This document shows, in pieces, positions 40,700 to 49,400 of a stretch of DNA of 64,000 bases. Location of the stretch: contig QCHU01000003.1 of assembly GCA_003279455.1 (NCBI GenBank), forward strand, positions 12,367 through 76,366. Reading direction: 5' to 3'. The DNA is from Prochlorococcus sp. AG-402-G19 (GTDB lineage Bacteria; Cyanobacteriota; Cyanobacteriia; PCC-6307; Cyanobiaceae). The notes beneath the pieces are model-generated. The model was given only the letters and a program-made list of their open reading frames with translations. It was not told the DNA's origin and ran no database searches. A program made the translations under genes and the position numbers. Numbering within the stretch: position 1 is the stretch's first letter; every line of letters begins with the position of its first letter.

Positions 40700-41644
40700 A
40701 TGAAAATAACTAACATAAAGTTCCCAAAAATCAAAAGAGACTGTCTCAATACTTTACAAGTTAATATAGGATATAAATGTAATCAAGCTTGTAGTCATTG
40801 TCACGTTGATGCCAGTCCAAACAGGACAGAAATGATGAGTGACAATATCATAGAACTTATTCCAAAGGTTATAAAAGCTAACAACATTAAACTATTAGAT
40901 ATTACTGGAGGAGCACCCGAAATGCATCCTAAATTTAAAAAATTAGTAAAAGAAGTACGTAGTCTTAATGTTGAAGTAATGGATAGATGTAATTTAACAA
41001 TAATTAAAGAACCAGGTCATGAAAACTTAGCAAGTTTTTTAGCATCAAATAAAGTACAAATAACAGCCTCCCTTCCTTGTTATATAGAAGGTAATGTTGA
41101 CAAACAGAGGGGGAAAGGTGTTTTCAAAAAAAGTATATTAGCTCTTAAACAGCTTAATTCTTATGGCTACGGTATTAAAGATAGTGATCTAGTTTTGAAT
41201 CTAGTTTACAATCCCAGTGGTCCACAACTTCCACCATCACAAATAGAATTAGAAAATACTTATAGACGAGAACTTAAAGAACGGTACGGTATATTTTTTT
41301 CAAATTTATTTGTTTTAGCGAACATGCCAATTAACAGATACGAAAAATATTTAAAGCTAATTGGAAAACTAAGCGAATATAATAAATTACTTAAAGACAA
41401 TCATAACCCTGTCAACCTTAATTCAGTAATGTGTAGGACAACATTGAGTGTTGACTGGGAAGGTTATCTATATGATTGTGATTTCAACCAACAACTAGGG
41501 ATGAGAAGAGATGGTGAAATAAAGCACTTGGATGATCTATTAATTCCATTGGTTTCCTTGAAGAACAATCCTATTTCAATAGGAAATCATTGTTTTGGCT
41601 GTACCGCTGGAGCCGGCTCTAGTTGTGGAGGAGAATTAACTTAA
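40700..41644 (+). CDS. arsS: radical SAM protein, ArsS (arsenosugar biosynthesis) family
   Basis: LQVNIGYKCNQACSHCH, DITGGAPE, ASLPCY, YDCDFNQ, HCFGCTAGAGSSCGG. Confidence 0.88.
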   Translation: MKITNIKFPKIKRDCLNTLQVNIGYKCNQACSHCHVDASPNRTEMMSDNIIELIPKVIKANNIKLLDITGGAPEMHPKFKKLVKEVRSLNVEVMDRCNLTIIKEPGHENLASFLASNKVQITASLPCYIEGNVDKQRGKGVFKKSILALKQLNSYGYGIKDSDLVLNLVYNPSGPQLPPSQIELENTYRRELKERYGIFFSNLFVLANMPINRYEKYLKLIGKLSEYNKLLKDNHNPVNLNSVMCRTTLSVDWEGYLYDCDFNQQLGMRRDGEIKHLDDLLIPLVSLKNNPISIGNHCFGCTAGAGSSCGGELT

Positions 41645-41651
41645 AAAAGGT

Positions 41652-42110
41652 TTATTTATTAAGACACATCGGGCAGACTGCTCTTACATTTAACGAAGAT
41701 TCTAATAATTTAAATCCAAAATTTTCAGCTGCTGCTTTACCAGCATTAATAACTTCATTATTTTCAAACTCTTCTGTCCTACCACAGCGAATACAAATCA
41801 AATGATGATGATCTGGATGATCATGACTAAGCAATTCAAACCTATTTCCGCCCTCACTTAAATCAAGTTCATTAAGAAAAGTCATCTTGACTAAGAGTCT
41901 TAAAGTTCTGTAAATAGTCGCAAGAGAAACTTTCTCCCCAGAAATTGTCAGCTTGGAATGAACCTCCTCCGCACTGAGATGTATTCCGGATCCGATCTCT
42001 TCAAATAAAGAAAGAACTTTTTTCCTTTGAGGAGTCATTCTTTTACCATCTGATCGAAGGCCCGATTCAAAAGGAGAAGGATGAGTACGATAAGAAGAAG
42101 GAGAAATCAA
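41652..42110 (-). CDS. fur: ferric uptake regulator
   Basis: RMTPQR, HLSAEEV, SLATIYRTL, HHHLICIRCG, CPMC. Confidence 0.93.
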   Translation of the reverse strand: MISPSSYRTHPSPFESGLRSDGKRMTPQRKKVLSLFEEIGSGIHLSAEEVHSKLTISGEKVSLATIYRTLRLLVKMTFLNELDLSEGGNRFELLSHDHPDHHHLICIRCGRTEEFENNEVINAGKAAAENFGFKLLESSLNVRAVCPMCLNK

Positions 42111-42120
42111 TATCAGCTTT

Positions 42121-42159
42121 ATTTTCTCAATAGCTTAGCGTAATGAGAACCGCTTGCAA
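42121..42159. promoter_or_regulatory. candidate Fur-box-like sites upstream of fur
   Basis: AATGAGAACCGCTTGCAA (42142-42159) resembles the 7-1-7 Fur box; an extra TTCTCAAT half-site at about 42124-42131. Confidence 0.45.
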
Positions 42160-42251
42160 CACAAAAGCTATCCAACAAAGTATTTTAGTTATAAATGATG
42201 TCTATTTTTATTATATGATTTATATTTAATTTAGGCAAAAGATATCCTAAA

Positions 42252-42860
42252 ATGGATCAATTTTCAAGAGAGAATCCTCCCTTAAATAAAGTAAATAATA
42301 ATAGGCAAATAATCATAGAGGATGAAACATTACTACTCATTATGGATATGCAACAAAAACTTATAAATAATATAAAAGGGAGTCAACTACTAATATTCAA
42401 CATAAAAAAACTAATAGATGCATGCAATTTACTAAATGTTCGTATCGCTATTACGGAACAAAATCCATTAAAGCTAGGCACGACTTTAGAATCAATTTTA
42501 GACAATAATGAATATCCTAAATTTGAAAAAATGGAATTCAGTTGTAGCAAGAATGATAAGTTTATAAATTACATACATAAATATGAATTTAAAAATATAA
42601 TAGTCTGTGGAATTGAGAGTCATATATGTATCCTACAAACATCGCTTGATCTTTTAACAAAAGGTTGGAACATCCTTATTCCAAGAGATGCAATAGGGAG
42701 TAGAAGTGGTATAGATAATGAGACTGCCTTTTTACGTCTCATATCATCTGGAGCAGTTGCATCTACTACTGAAAGTCTAATATGTGAATTATGTAAAAGT
42801 TCTAATAGAAAAGAATTTAGGGATATTAGTAAAATTTTAAAAAATTCATTTTCAAATTAA
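42252..42860 (+). CDS. isochorismatase-family hydrolase
   Basis: LLIMDMQ, TEQNP.KLG.T, EKMEFSC, CGIESHICILQT. Confidence 0.88.
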   Translation: MDQFSRENPPLNKVNNNRQIIIEDETLLLIMDMQQKLINNIKGSQLLIFNIKKLIDACNLLNVRIAITEQNPLKLGTTLESILDNNEYPKFEKMEFSCSKNDKFINYIHKYEFKNIIVCGIESHICILQTSLDLLTKGWNILIPRDAIGSRSGIDNETAFLRLISSGAVASTTESLICELCKSSNRKEFRDISKILKNSFSN

Positions 42861-42926
42861 ATAAAAAGAAAATCGCTAGACAAAAAATTTTTTTCAGGCA
42901 GTCTAAAATAAAAGTAATCTGTCATC

Positions 42927-43943
42927 ATGGGCGAGTTTTATAAAAACATAATTATCTCATTACTTACTTTTAGTATAGGTTGCATTATCTCACTGGTGAG
43001 TCCAAAATTCCTAAAAAAGGTTTTAAGGAGAATAACCTCTGCGACACAAAGCCAAACAGATGACTATATAGCTACTCTTTTAATTGAAACTATTAAGCCT
43101 TTAGGCTTTATCTTAAGTTTCATTGTCGCATGGAAAGTTTTACTCATTGGTGGAATAGTAGATAAGACATTGATTGGTATAAGTAAGTTTTTATGCCTTA
43201 TTTATATAATCAGATTTGTAAATAGAGTCTTTTTAAAAATAATTCAAAGATGGGCGAGCAAAATCAATGATCAATCTATTAGTGAAATGATTCGTTCTCT
43301 TAGTCCAATGGTTGGTGCATCTGTTTGGAGTCTTGGAGTGATTTTTTATCTTCAAAACATGGGCGTACAAATGGCAGCTATTTGGGCTCTTTTAAGTGCA
43401 GGGGGAATAGGAGCTGGACTCGCCTTAAAGGAACCCGTTCAAGAGTTCTTCGAATACATAACTATCCTCCTTGACAAACCATTTCAAAGTGGACAGTTTA
43501 TTCATATTGATGGAATCTGGGCAAAAGTTGAGAGCGTAGGTGTTAGATCCACACGTTTAAGAAGTATTAACGGAGAAGCAATAGTTATGAGCAATAGCAG
43601 GCTAACGAATGGAGTAATCTCAAATTATGCTGAGATGAAGAAAAGAAGACTGGTTCATAAATTGGGGGTGGTCTATGAAACCACATACGAACAAACAAAA
43701 AACATACCTGAAATGATCAAAACTATCGTTGACAAAACTGAAAATGCAGTATTCGATCGATGTCATTTTGTCGAATTCGCTAATAGCAGTCTTGATTTTG
43801 AACTTGTTTATTACATTCCCACAAGTGATTATCTTCAAGCAATGTCAGCCCAACAAGAAATTAACCTAGAAATAATGAAGAAGTTCCAACATGAAAATAT
43901 TAGCTTCGCATACCCAACTCAAACAATTTATGTTAATAAATAA
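42927..43943 (+). CDS. mscS: small-conductance mechanosensitive channel
   Basis: GGIGAGLAL, DKPFQSG, GVRSTRLRS..GE, ISFAYPTQ. Confidence 0.9.
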   Translation: MGEFYKNIIISLLTFSIGCIISLVSPKFLKKVLRRITSATQSQTDDYIATLLIETIKPLGFILSFIVAWKVLLIGGIVDKTLIGISKFLCLIYIIRFVNRVFLKIIQRWASKINDQSISEMIRSLSPMVGASVWSLGVIFYLQNMGVQMAAIWALLSAGGIGAGLALKEPVQEFFEYITILLDKPFQSGQFIHIDGIWAKVESVGVRSTRLRSINGEAIVMSNSRLTNGVISNYAEMKKRRLVHKLGVVYETTYEQTKNIPEMIKTIVDKTENAVFDRCHFVEFANSSLDFELVYYIPTSDYLQAMSAQQEINLEIMKKFQHENISFAYPTQTIYVNK

Positions 43944-43950
43944 AGTATAT

Positions 43951-44973
43951 TTATCTAAGTTCTTTATCAATTATAAATTTAGATAACTCCCATAAGTTAT
44001 CAGATAATTCTTCTCTCTGGGCATCATTACTTATGTCTGTTTTCTCAAAAACAAATTTACCTGATGAAATAATTTTATTACTATAGTAGTTAAAACCAGG
44101 CTTCTTATATTTAGTTGAACAAGCTAAATCACTGAGAAGTAAACCTGCTAGTTTATTAGAGGTAGTTATTCTTAAAATATCTCTAGCTAAAAAAGCGAAT
44201 AATACCTGCCCTAATTGATTGTATTTTCTACTATACCTAAAAAAACCTTGACTGTCTCTACTAATGACTAAGCCTGGTGCCCATGCAATCACAGGGATTG
44301 AAAAATTTTTTCTTATCAAATTACTACTTAATTTCTTTGCAAAAAGAATATTACATAGTTTACTATCCTTATATGCTTTATCAGCATTAAATTTACTTCC
44401 ATCAATCATCTCAAATCCTGCACCTAACTCTAATCCTTCTAAGTTTCCTAAGTTAGCCTTAGCTCCTACTCTCCCTCCTCCACTGCTAGGATTATGAACC
44501 TCTGATGAGGTAATAATTATTTTTGGATCATTACTTTTATCTATCAAAGGCAAAATCTTTTGTGTAAGATAGAAATGTGATAAATGATTGACAGCAAAAG
44601 TTAATTCAATGCCCTGAGTTGACCATCTAGGCTTTTTTGATCCAGTATATTGAAGCCCAGCATTCATGATTAGAACATCGATCTTCAATCGTCTTTTCTT
44701 AATTTCTAAACATAGAGAGTCAATACTTTTCAAGTCAGAAAGATCCATTATAGGAGTAAAGATTTCTCCTTTCTTAGTTAATTTAGCTGGAAATTGATTA
44801 AAAATATTAGTTAATAACTCATTCGCTCTAGAAATATTTTTGCATGGTAAAATTAAATTATGACCAAGAGAAATTAAATTTAAAGCTGCTTGAAACCCAA
44901 TACCTGATGACCCACCTGTTATGAAAATAGTTAAAGGTTTATCCTTTTTTAAATTATCTGATTTATTTGCCAT
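43951..44973 (-). CDS. SDR oxidoreductase, protochlorophyllide-reductase-like
   Basis: ITGGSSGIG, NAG, FAVNHLSHF, KAYKDSKLCN, WAPGLV. Confidence 0.82.
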   Translation of the reverse strand: MANKSDNLKKDKPLTIFITGGSSGIGFQAALNLISLGHNLILPCKNISRANELLTNIFNQFPAKLTKKGEIFTPIMDLSDLKSIDSLCLEIKKRRLKIDVLIMNAGLQYTGSKKPRWSTQGIELTFAVNHLSHFYLTQKILPLIDKSNDPKIIITSSEVHNPSSGGGRVGAKANLGNLEGLELGAGFEMIDGSKFNADKAYKDSKLCNILFAKKLSSNLIRKNFSIPVIAWAPGLVISRDSQGFFRYSRKYNQLGQVLFAFLARDILRITTSNKLAGLLLSDLACSTKYKKPGFNYYSNKIISSGKFVFEKTDISNDAQREELSDNLWELSKFIIDKELR

Positions 44974-45267
44974 AAATTTTTAGTTTTAATAATTATATGA
45001 TTTTGGGTTTAAATTCAATTGTTTATTAGTTCAATTTTCAATCAAAAAGTCTTCATAGATACTTAAAAAATAAGATAAAATCATTAAGTTGATAAAAAAC
45101 ATTAATACTATTCATTGTTAATGCCATCACGAGGTATTGTTGATTCTATAGGCAGATTTGATTAAAGTGGAATTCCTGGGAGGCAATCAAATAACTAAAT
45201 ATTATTACAAGAATTTAACTTCTATTTTTCGACTCCAATTGAACGGCAATGTTCCTCAAGAGGAACC

Positions 45268-46554
45268 ATGAAGACTAGTGCATTAAAAGATGCTCTAGTA
45301 CTAGGTTCAGGCCCAGGCGCACTATCAATTGCGGCAGCATTGGCAAGTGAAAACTTAAATGTTGAAATCTTATCGGAACAATCTCCAAAGGAGCCATGGC
45401 CCTTCACGTATGGCATTTGGGGTGAAGAGGTTGACGAGCTTGGACTAAGTCATTTGCTAGAACATCGATGGATTAACACCATTAGTTATTTTGGAGAGGG
45501 AGACAAGGATCCAAATTCTAAGAAAAACGAAGTTACAAAGCACAATCGAGATTATGGTCTTTTTGATAAAAATAAATTGCAAGATTATTGGTTACAACAA
45601 TGCAATAAAGCTGAAATAGAATGGCATAAAGGATCAGCAATCAATTTAGAAACCAATCATTTAATCAGCACAGTTAAAACTTCCAATGGCAAAGAACTTA
45701 ATGCTCGATTAGTAATTGACGCCACCGGTTACAAACCAGTTTTTATTAAAGCTCCTAACCAAGGGCCGGTAGCAGTTCAAACTTGTTATGGAATTGTAGG
45801 GGAATTCAATACCCCTCCAGTTGAAAAAGGTCAATTTGTACTAATGGATTATCGTTGCGACCATTTGGATCCAGAAGAAAGAAAAGAGGCTCCAACATTT
45901 TTGTACGCAATGGACATGGGAGATGGAAAATTTTTCTTAGAGGAAACATCCCTTGGCCTTTTCCCACCAGTCTCACTTGATGAGTTAAAAAGAAGACTTG
46001 AAAAAAGATTAGATACAAGAGGTATAAAAATAAAAAATCTTGAGCATGAAGAACATGGTTCATATTTGCCAATGAACATGCCTATCCCTTACTTAAAGCA
46101 ACCGGTCCTTGGCTTTGGAGGTTCTGCTGGAATGGTTCATCCCGCATCAGGATATATGGTTGGCAGCCTATTAAGAAGAGCTCCTAAAGTTGCTAAAGCC
46201 CTTTCATTAGCAATGAAAGATCAAAAAGCATCCTCAGCTTCACTTGCGAAGAAAGGCTGGCAAGTATTATGGCCATCGGAACTTAGAAGGAAACAGGCTA
46301 TTTATAAATTTGGATTAGAAAAATTGATGCGATTTGAAGAGAAGTTACTTAGAGGATTTTTTGTTGAGTTTTTTAGTTTACCTAATAAGCAATGGTATGG
46401 ATTCCTTACAAATACACTTAGCCTTAAAGAATTAATATCTGCTATGTGGAAAATGTTTAGGAAATCACCTTGGTCTATCAAACAAGGCTTAATGAACATG
46501 CATGGTAGAGAATTAAGTTTATTATTGAAAGCATTACTAATTAATAATAAATGA
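45268..46554 (+). CDS. crtL: lycopene cyclase, CrtL family (probably epsilon-type)
   Basis: LVLGSGPGAL, TYGIW, IDATG, LMDYR, PTFLYAM, FLEETSL, GMVHPASGY; epsilon assignment rests on recalled Prochlorococcus synteny. Confidence 0.9.
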   Translation: MKTSALKDALVLGSGPGALSIAAALASENLNVEILSEQSPKEPWPFTYGIWGEEVDELGLSHLLEHRWINTISYFGEGDKDPNSKKNEVTKHNRDYGLFDKNKLQDYWLQQCNKAEIEWHKGSAINLETNHLISTVKTSNGKELNARLVIDATGYKPVFIKAPNQGPVAVQTCYGIVGEFNTPPVEKGQFVLMDYRCDHLDPEERKEAPTFLYAMDMGDGKFFLEETSLGLFPPVSLDELKRRLEKRLDTRGIKIKNLEHEEHGSYLPMNMPIPYLKQPVLGFGGSAGMVHPASGYMVGSLLRRAPKVAKALSLAMKDQKASSASLAKKGWQVLWPSELRRKQAIYKFGLEKLMRFEEKLLRGFFVEFFSLPNKQWYGFLTNTLSLKELISAMWKMFRKSPWSIKQGLMNMHGRELSLLLKALLINNK

Positions 46555-47264
46555 GAAAGATTCTTATAAGTGGATCAAGCAGAGGAATAGGTAAAGCAAT
46601 AGCATTGAAATTACTTAAGGAAGGACATTGCATAAGCTTAGGAGTAAGAAAAAAAGAAGATTTAATCAATACATCTTTAGATCCAATGCTAAATAATCCA
46701 AATAAATTAATTATAAATACCTATGATGCAACTAAAAAAAACTCATCAAAAGAATGGATAGAAAGAACAGTAAAAACTTTTAAAAATATTGACACTATTA
46801 TTCATTGCGCTGGGATTTTCAGAAGAACAAGTCTTATTTTTAATGATAACGAAATAGAAGATATAGAAAATTTATGGAAAGTTAATGTCATCGGACCATG
46901 GATATTAACAAAAGATGCCTGGAAGTATTTATCAAACAATAATTCGGCACGAATAATTGTATTGGTGTCGATGAGTGGAAAACGATCAAAAGGTAACTTG
47001 GCTGGTTATTCAATGAGCAAATTCGCTTTAATGAGCTTATGCCAAACCATGAGAAATGAAGGATGGGAAAAAGGTATTAGAGTTACTGCTATCTGCCCTG
47101 GATGGGTAAATACAGACATGGCTAGAGAAATAAATCATTTTCCGAAAAAAGATATGACCCAAGCAAATGATATTGCAAATATATGTTCAAACTTACTTGA
47201 TTTGCCAAACAGTGCTGTTCCCTTTGAAATCGCTATAAATTGTCAACTTGAAAAAATCATTTAG
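46551..47264 (+). CDS. SDR oxidoreductase
   Basis: ISGSSRGIG, YSMSK, AICPGWVNTDM; ATGA overlap with crtL. Confidence 0.88.
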   Translation: MRKILISGSSRGIGKAIALKLLKEGHCISLGVRKKEDLINTSLDPMLNNPNKLIINTYDATKKNSSKEWIERTVKTFKNIDTIIHCAGIFRRTSLIFNDNEIEDIENLWKVNVIGPWILTKDAWKYLSNNNSARIIVLVSMSGKRSKGNLAGYSMSKFALMSLCQTMRNEGWEKGIRVTAICPGWVNTDMAREINHFPKKDMTQANDIANICSNLLDLPNSAVPFEIAINCQLEKII

Positions 47265-47282
47265 ATCAAATGGTTTATTTCC

Positions 47283-47537
47283 CTAAATAGGATTAGTCGT
47301 TTTCTTAAATGTATTCAAGACCCCCAGAATTGCCTTACGGAGATACTTATGAAAGTAATTTCTATAAAAACTTCCAATGGCTTTACCTACAGAATATGTT
47401 CGTTGTATTAGGCCAACTATAAAATTAAATAACCACAAACATAGCAAAACAGTAATAGCCAAAGAAGCGATAGAGTATACCTTATTAAGTTGTTCTTGTA
47501 TTGGTTCTAAAAACTGAAGGTAATCAGAAACGTTCAT
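47283..47537 (-). CDS. small single-TM hypothetical protein
   Basis: 84-aa ORF with one hydrophobic helix and a basic C-terminus. Confidence 0.6.
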   Translation of the reverse strand: MNVSDYLQFLEPIQEQLNKVYSIASLAITVLLCLWLFNFIVGLIQRTYSVGKAIGSFYRNYFHKYLRKAILGVLNTFKKTTNPI

Positions 47538-47639
47538 ATTTTACAAAGGAAATTAACTATTAAATATCTTTATAGCCATAATTTGATTATCAAGCAATAA
47601 CTTATAAATAATATGTATAAAAACGACAAGAAAATTAGA

Positions 47640-48200
47640 TCAAAATGTAACTGAAAAATGGGAAAGGGTATATAGAACATATGCGAATGAAATCATAGAA
47701 ATTGCAATCAAAAAACCTTTTAATCTATTAGAAACTGTCGAGAAGAGTGGCAGGTCATCAGCATCGTAGCCTCCAAAGCTACCAAGAATTGCAAGTGACC
47801 ACATAGGAAGAGAGGAAAATAATATTGAAAGAAAAAAGCTAAATATAAACATTTTGTTTATTGGGAATGAAATCAAAAAAGCTATGGTTGCAAAAAACAA
47901 AGACCCATTTAACCCTATTCTCAACTCATCGTTTAAGCTTTTTGGTAATTTACTTTTACCTTCTAAATGTTTTTTACAATTGTTAACTTCTGCTTCAGAT
48001 AAACGAAAATAGTTCGTATCAGGGATTCTTTTTTTCTTATAAAGTCTAAGTAATCTCACCTGAAAGGATTTGGAATCATTAGTTTTGAAATAAGAGATTA
48101 TCTCACCTGGTTTCATTTTACTAGCCTCACTTTTCAAATCAGAAGTACATCCGAGTTTATATAAATCACCATTTTTCATTAAATAAACAAATTCTGACAT
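47640..48200 (-). CDS. GIY-YIG/T5orf172-like domain fused to C-terminal TM helices
   Basis: FVYLMKNGDLYKLGCT..L, KRIP.TNYFRL; about three TMs. Confidence 0.7.
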   Translation of the reverse strand: MSEFVYLMKNGDLYKLGCTSDLKSEASKMKPGEIISYFKTNDSKSFQVRLLRLYKKKRIPDTNYFRLSEAEVNNCKKHLEGKSKLPKSLNDELRIGLNGSLFFATIAFLISFPINKMFIFSFFLSILFSSLPMWSLAILGSFGGYDADDLPLFSTVSNRLKGFLIAISMISFAYVLYTLSHFSVTF

Positions 48201-48247
48201 GATTTAATTTTCTTGAGAAATGATGCGTTTGGGATTTAAAAATACTG

Positions 48248-48288
48248 GATTATATTTTTAAATTAAAATATAATTTAAAAATATAATC
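48248..48288. repeat. perfect 18-bp inverted repeat in a divergent intergenic region
   Basis: GATTATATTTTTAAATTA-aaata-TAATTTAAAAATATAATC. Confidence 0.85.
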
Positions 48289-48386
48289 GTAAAGGATATA
48301 GTTATGAAGCATATTCTATTCTAGATTTATAGGATTGACTAAACATATATTGAAATAGGTCACAAAATGATTTTAACAGGAAAGTT

Positions 48387-49055
48387 ATGAAGCACAATAT
48401 TCTATATAGCTTCAGACGATGTCCTTACGCCATTAGAGCCAGATGGGCTTTATTAAATACAAATCAGATAGTGGAGTTAAGAGAGGTCATACTTAAGAAC
48501 AAACCTGTTGAATTAATTCAAATTTCCAATAAAGCAACTGTACCCGTATTGAAAACCAGTTTAAATAAAGTAATTGATGAGAGTTTAGATATAATGATCT
48601 GGAGTATTGAAAGATCAAATATGCATGAATTGCTAGGTAAAAATAATGATCAATCACAAGAAATATTTAGTCTTATCGAAACAAATGATAAAATATTTAA
48701 ATATCATTTAGATCGATTTAAATATGCATCTAGATACAATTTAGATGAATCAGAAACTCATCGAGCTGCTGGAATGAAAATTCTTTTATCTTTAAATAAT
48801 AGATTAAAAGAATTTTCAAATAAAGGGAAACCGCTATTTCTTGTTGATGCAAAAGAAACCCTTGCTGATTGGGCTATCTGGCCATTTGTAAGGCAATTTA
48901 GGATTGCGGAAATTAAAAAGTTTGATCAAAACCATAAAATCAAATTTTTAAGAAGTTGGTTAAATTATTATTTAACTCACAAAAAGTATTCAGTAGTTAT
49001 GAAAAAGAATGAACATTGGAGCAAGGGAAATGATCCCATTTTCCTTGATGAATAA
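48387..49055 (+). CDS. glutathione S-transferase family protein
   Basis: LYSFRRCPYAIRAR, KATVPVL, IDESLDIM, LADWAIWPFVRQF. Confidence 0.9.
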   Translation: MKHNILYSFRRCPYAIRARWALLNTNQIVELREVILKNKPVELIQISNKATVPVLKTSLNKVIDESLDIMIWSIERSNMHELLGKNNDQSQEIFSLIETNDKIFKYHLDRFKYASRYNLDESETHRAAGMKILLSLNNRLKEFSNKGKPLFLVDAKETLADWAIWPFVRQFRIAEIKKFDQNHKIKFLRSWLNYYLTHKKYSVVMKKNEHWSKGNDPIFLDE

Positions 49056-49064
49056 ATTAAAAAG

Positions 49065-49322
49065 TCATTCTGAGGACCTTCTTTTATCAATGATTCTTGA
49101 TAGCTCTAAAAAATAGCCAGCTGTGCAAAATTTACCTAAATTTCTATCTCTATTTCCTATATCACTCCTAAACTCAGCAGTCTCTGCCATAACTAAATCC
49201 AACTGATCCTGAGGCAACTCATAGAGTTCTCTTAATTCAACCTCTTTTCCTAGAAGATGACTTTTAAACCATTTTTCTTTTAATTCTTGAGGGGGAATAT
49301 CTTTGTAAATTTGTCGGTTCAT
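49065..49322 (-). CDS. small hypothetical protein
   Basis: 85-aa ORF with ATG start and coding-like composition. Confidence 0.65.
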   Translation of the reverse strand: MNRQIYKDIPPQELKEKWFKSHLLGKEVELRELYELPQDQLDLVMAETAEFRSDIGNRDRNLGKFCTAGYFLELSRIIDKRRSSE

Positions 49323-49400
49323 ATAAAAAAAGGGGTGAGGGGCATAGTTTATAAAACTAACATTTCTATAAGTTATAACTTCTCTTAAGTGTATTAATTG

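Noticed and set aside
40700-41644. Selenocysteine in ArsS
   Set aside because: The C-terminal GSSCGG uses TGT (Cys); no in-frame TGA
43951-44973. Calling this gene por (light-dependent protochlorophyllide reductase)
   Set aside because: Shares YKDSK but has WAPGLV rather than the LYPGCVA segment of true POR; treated as a paralog
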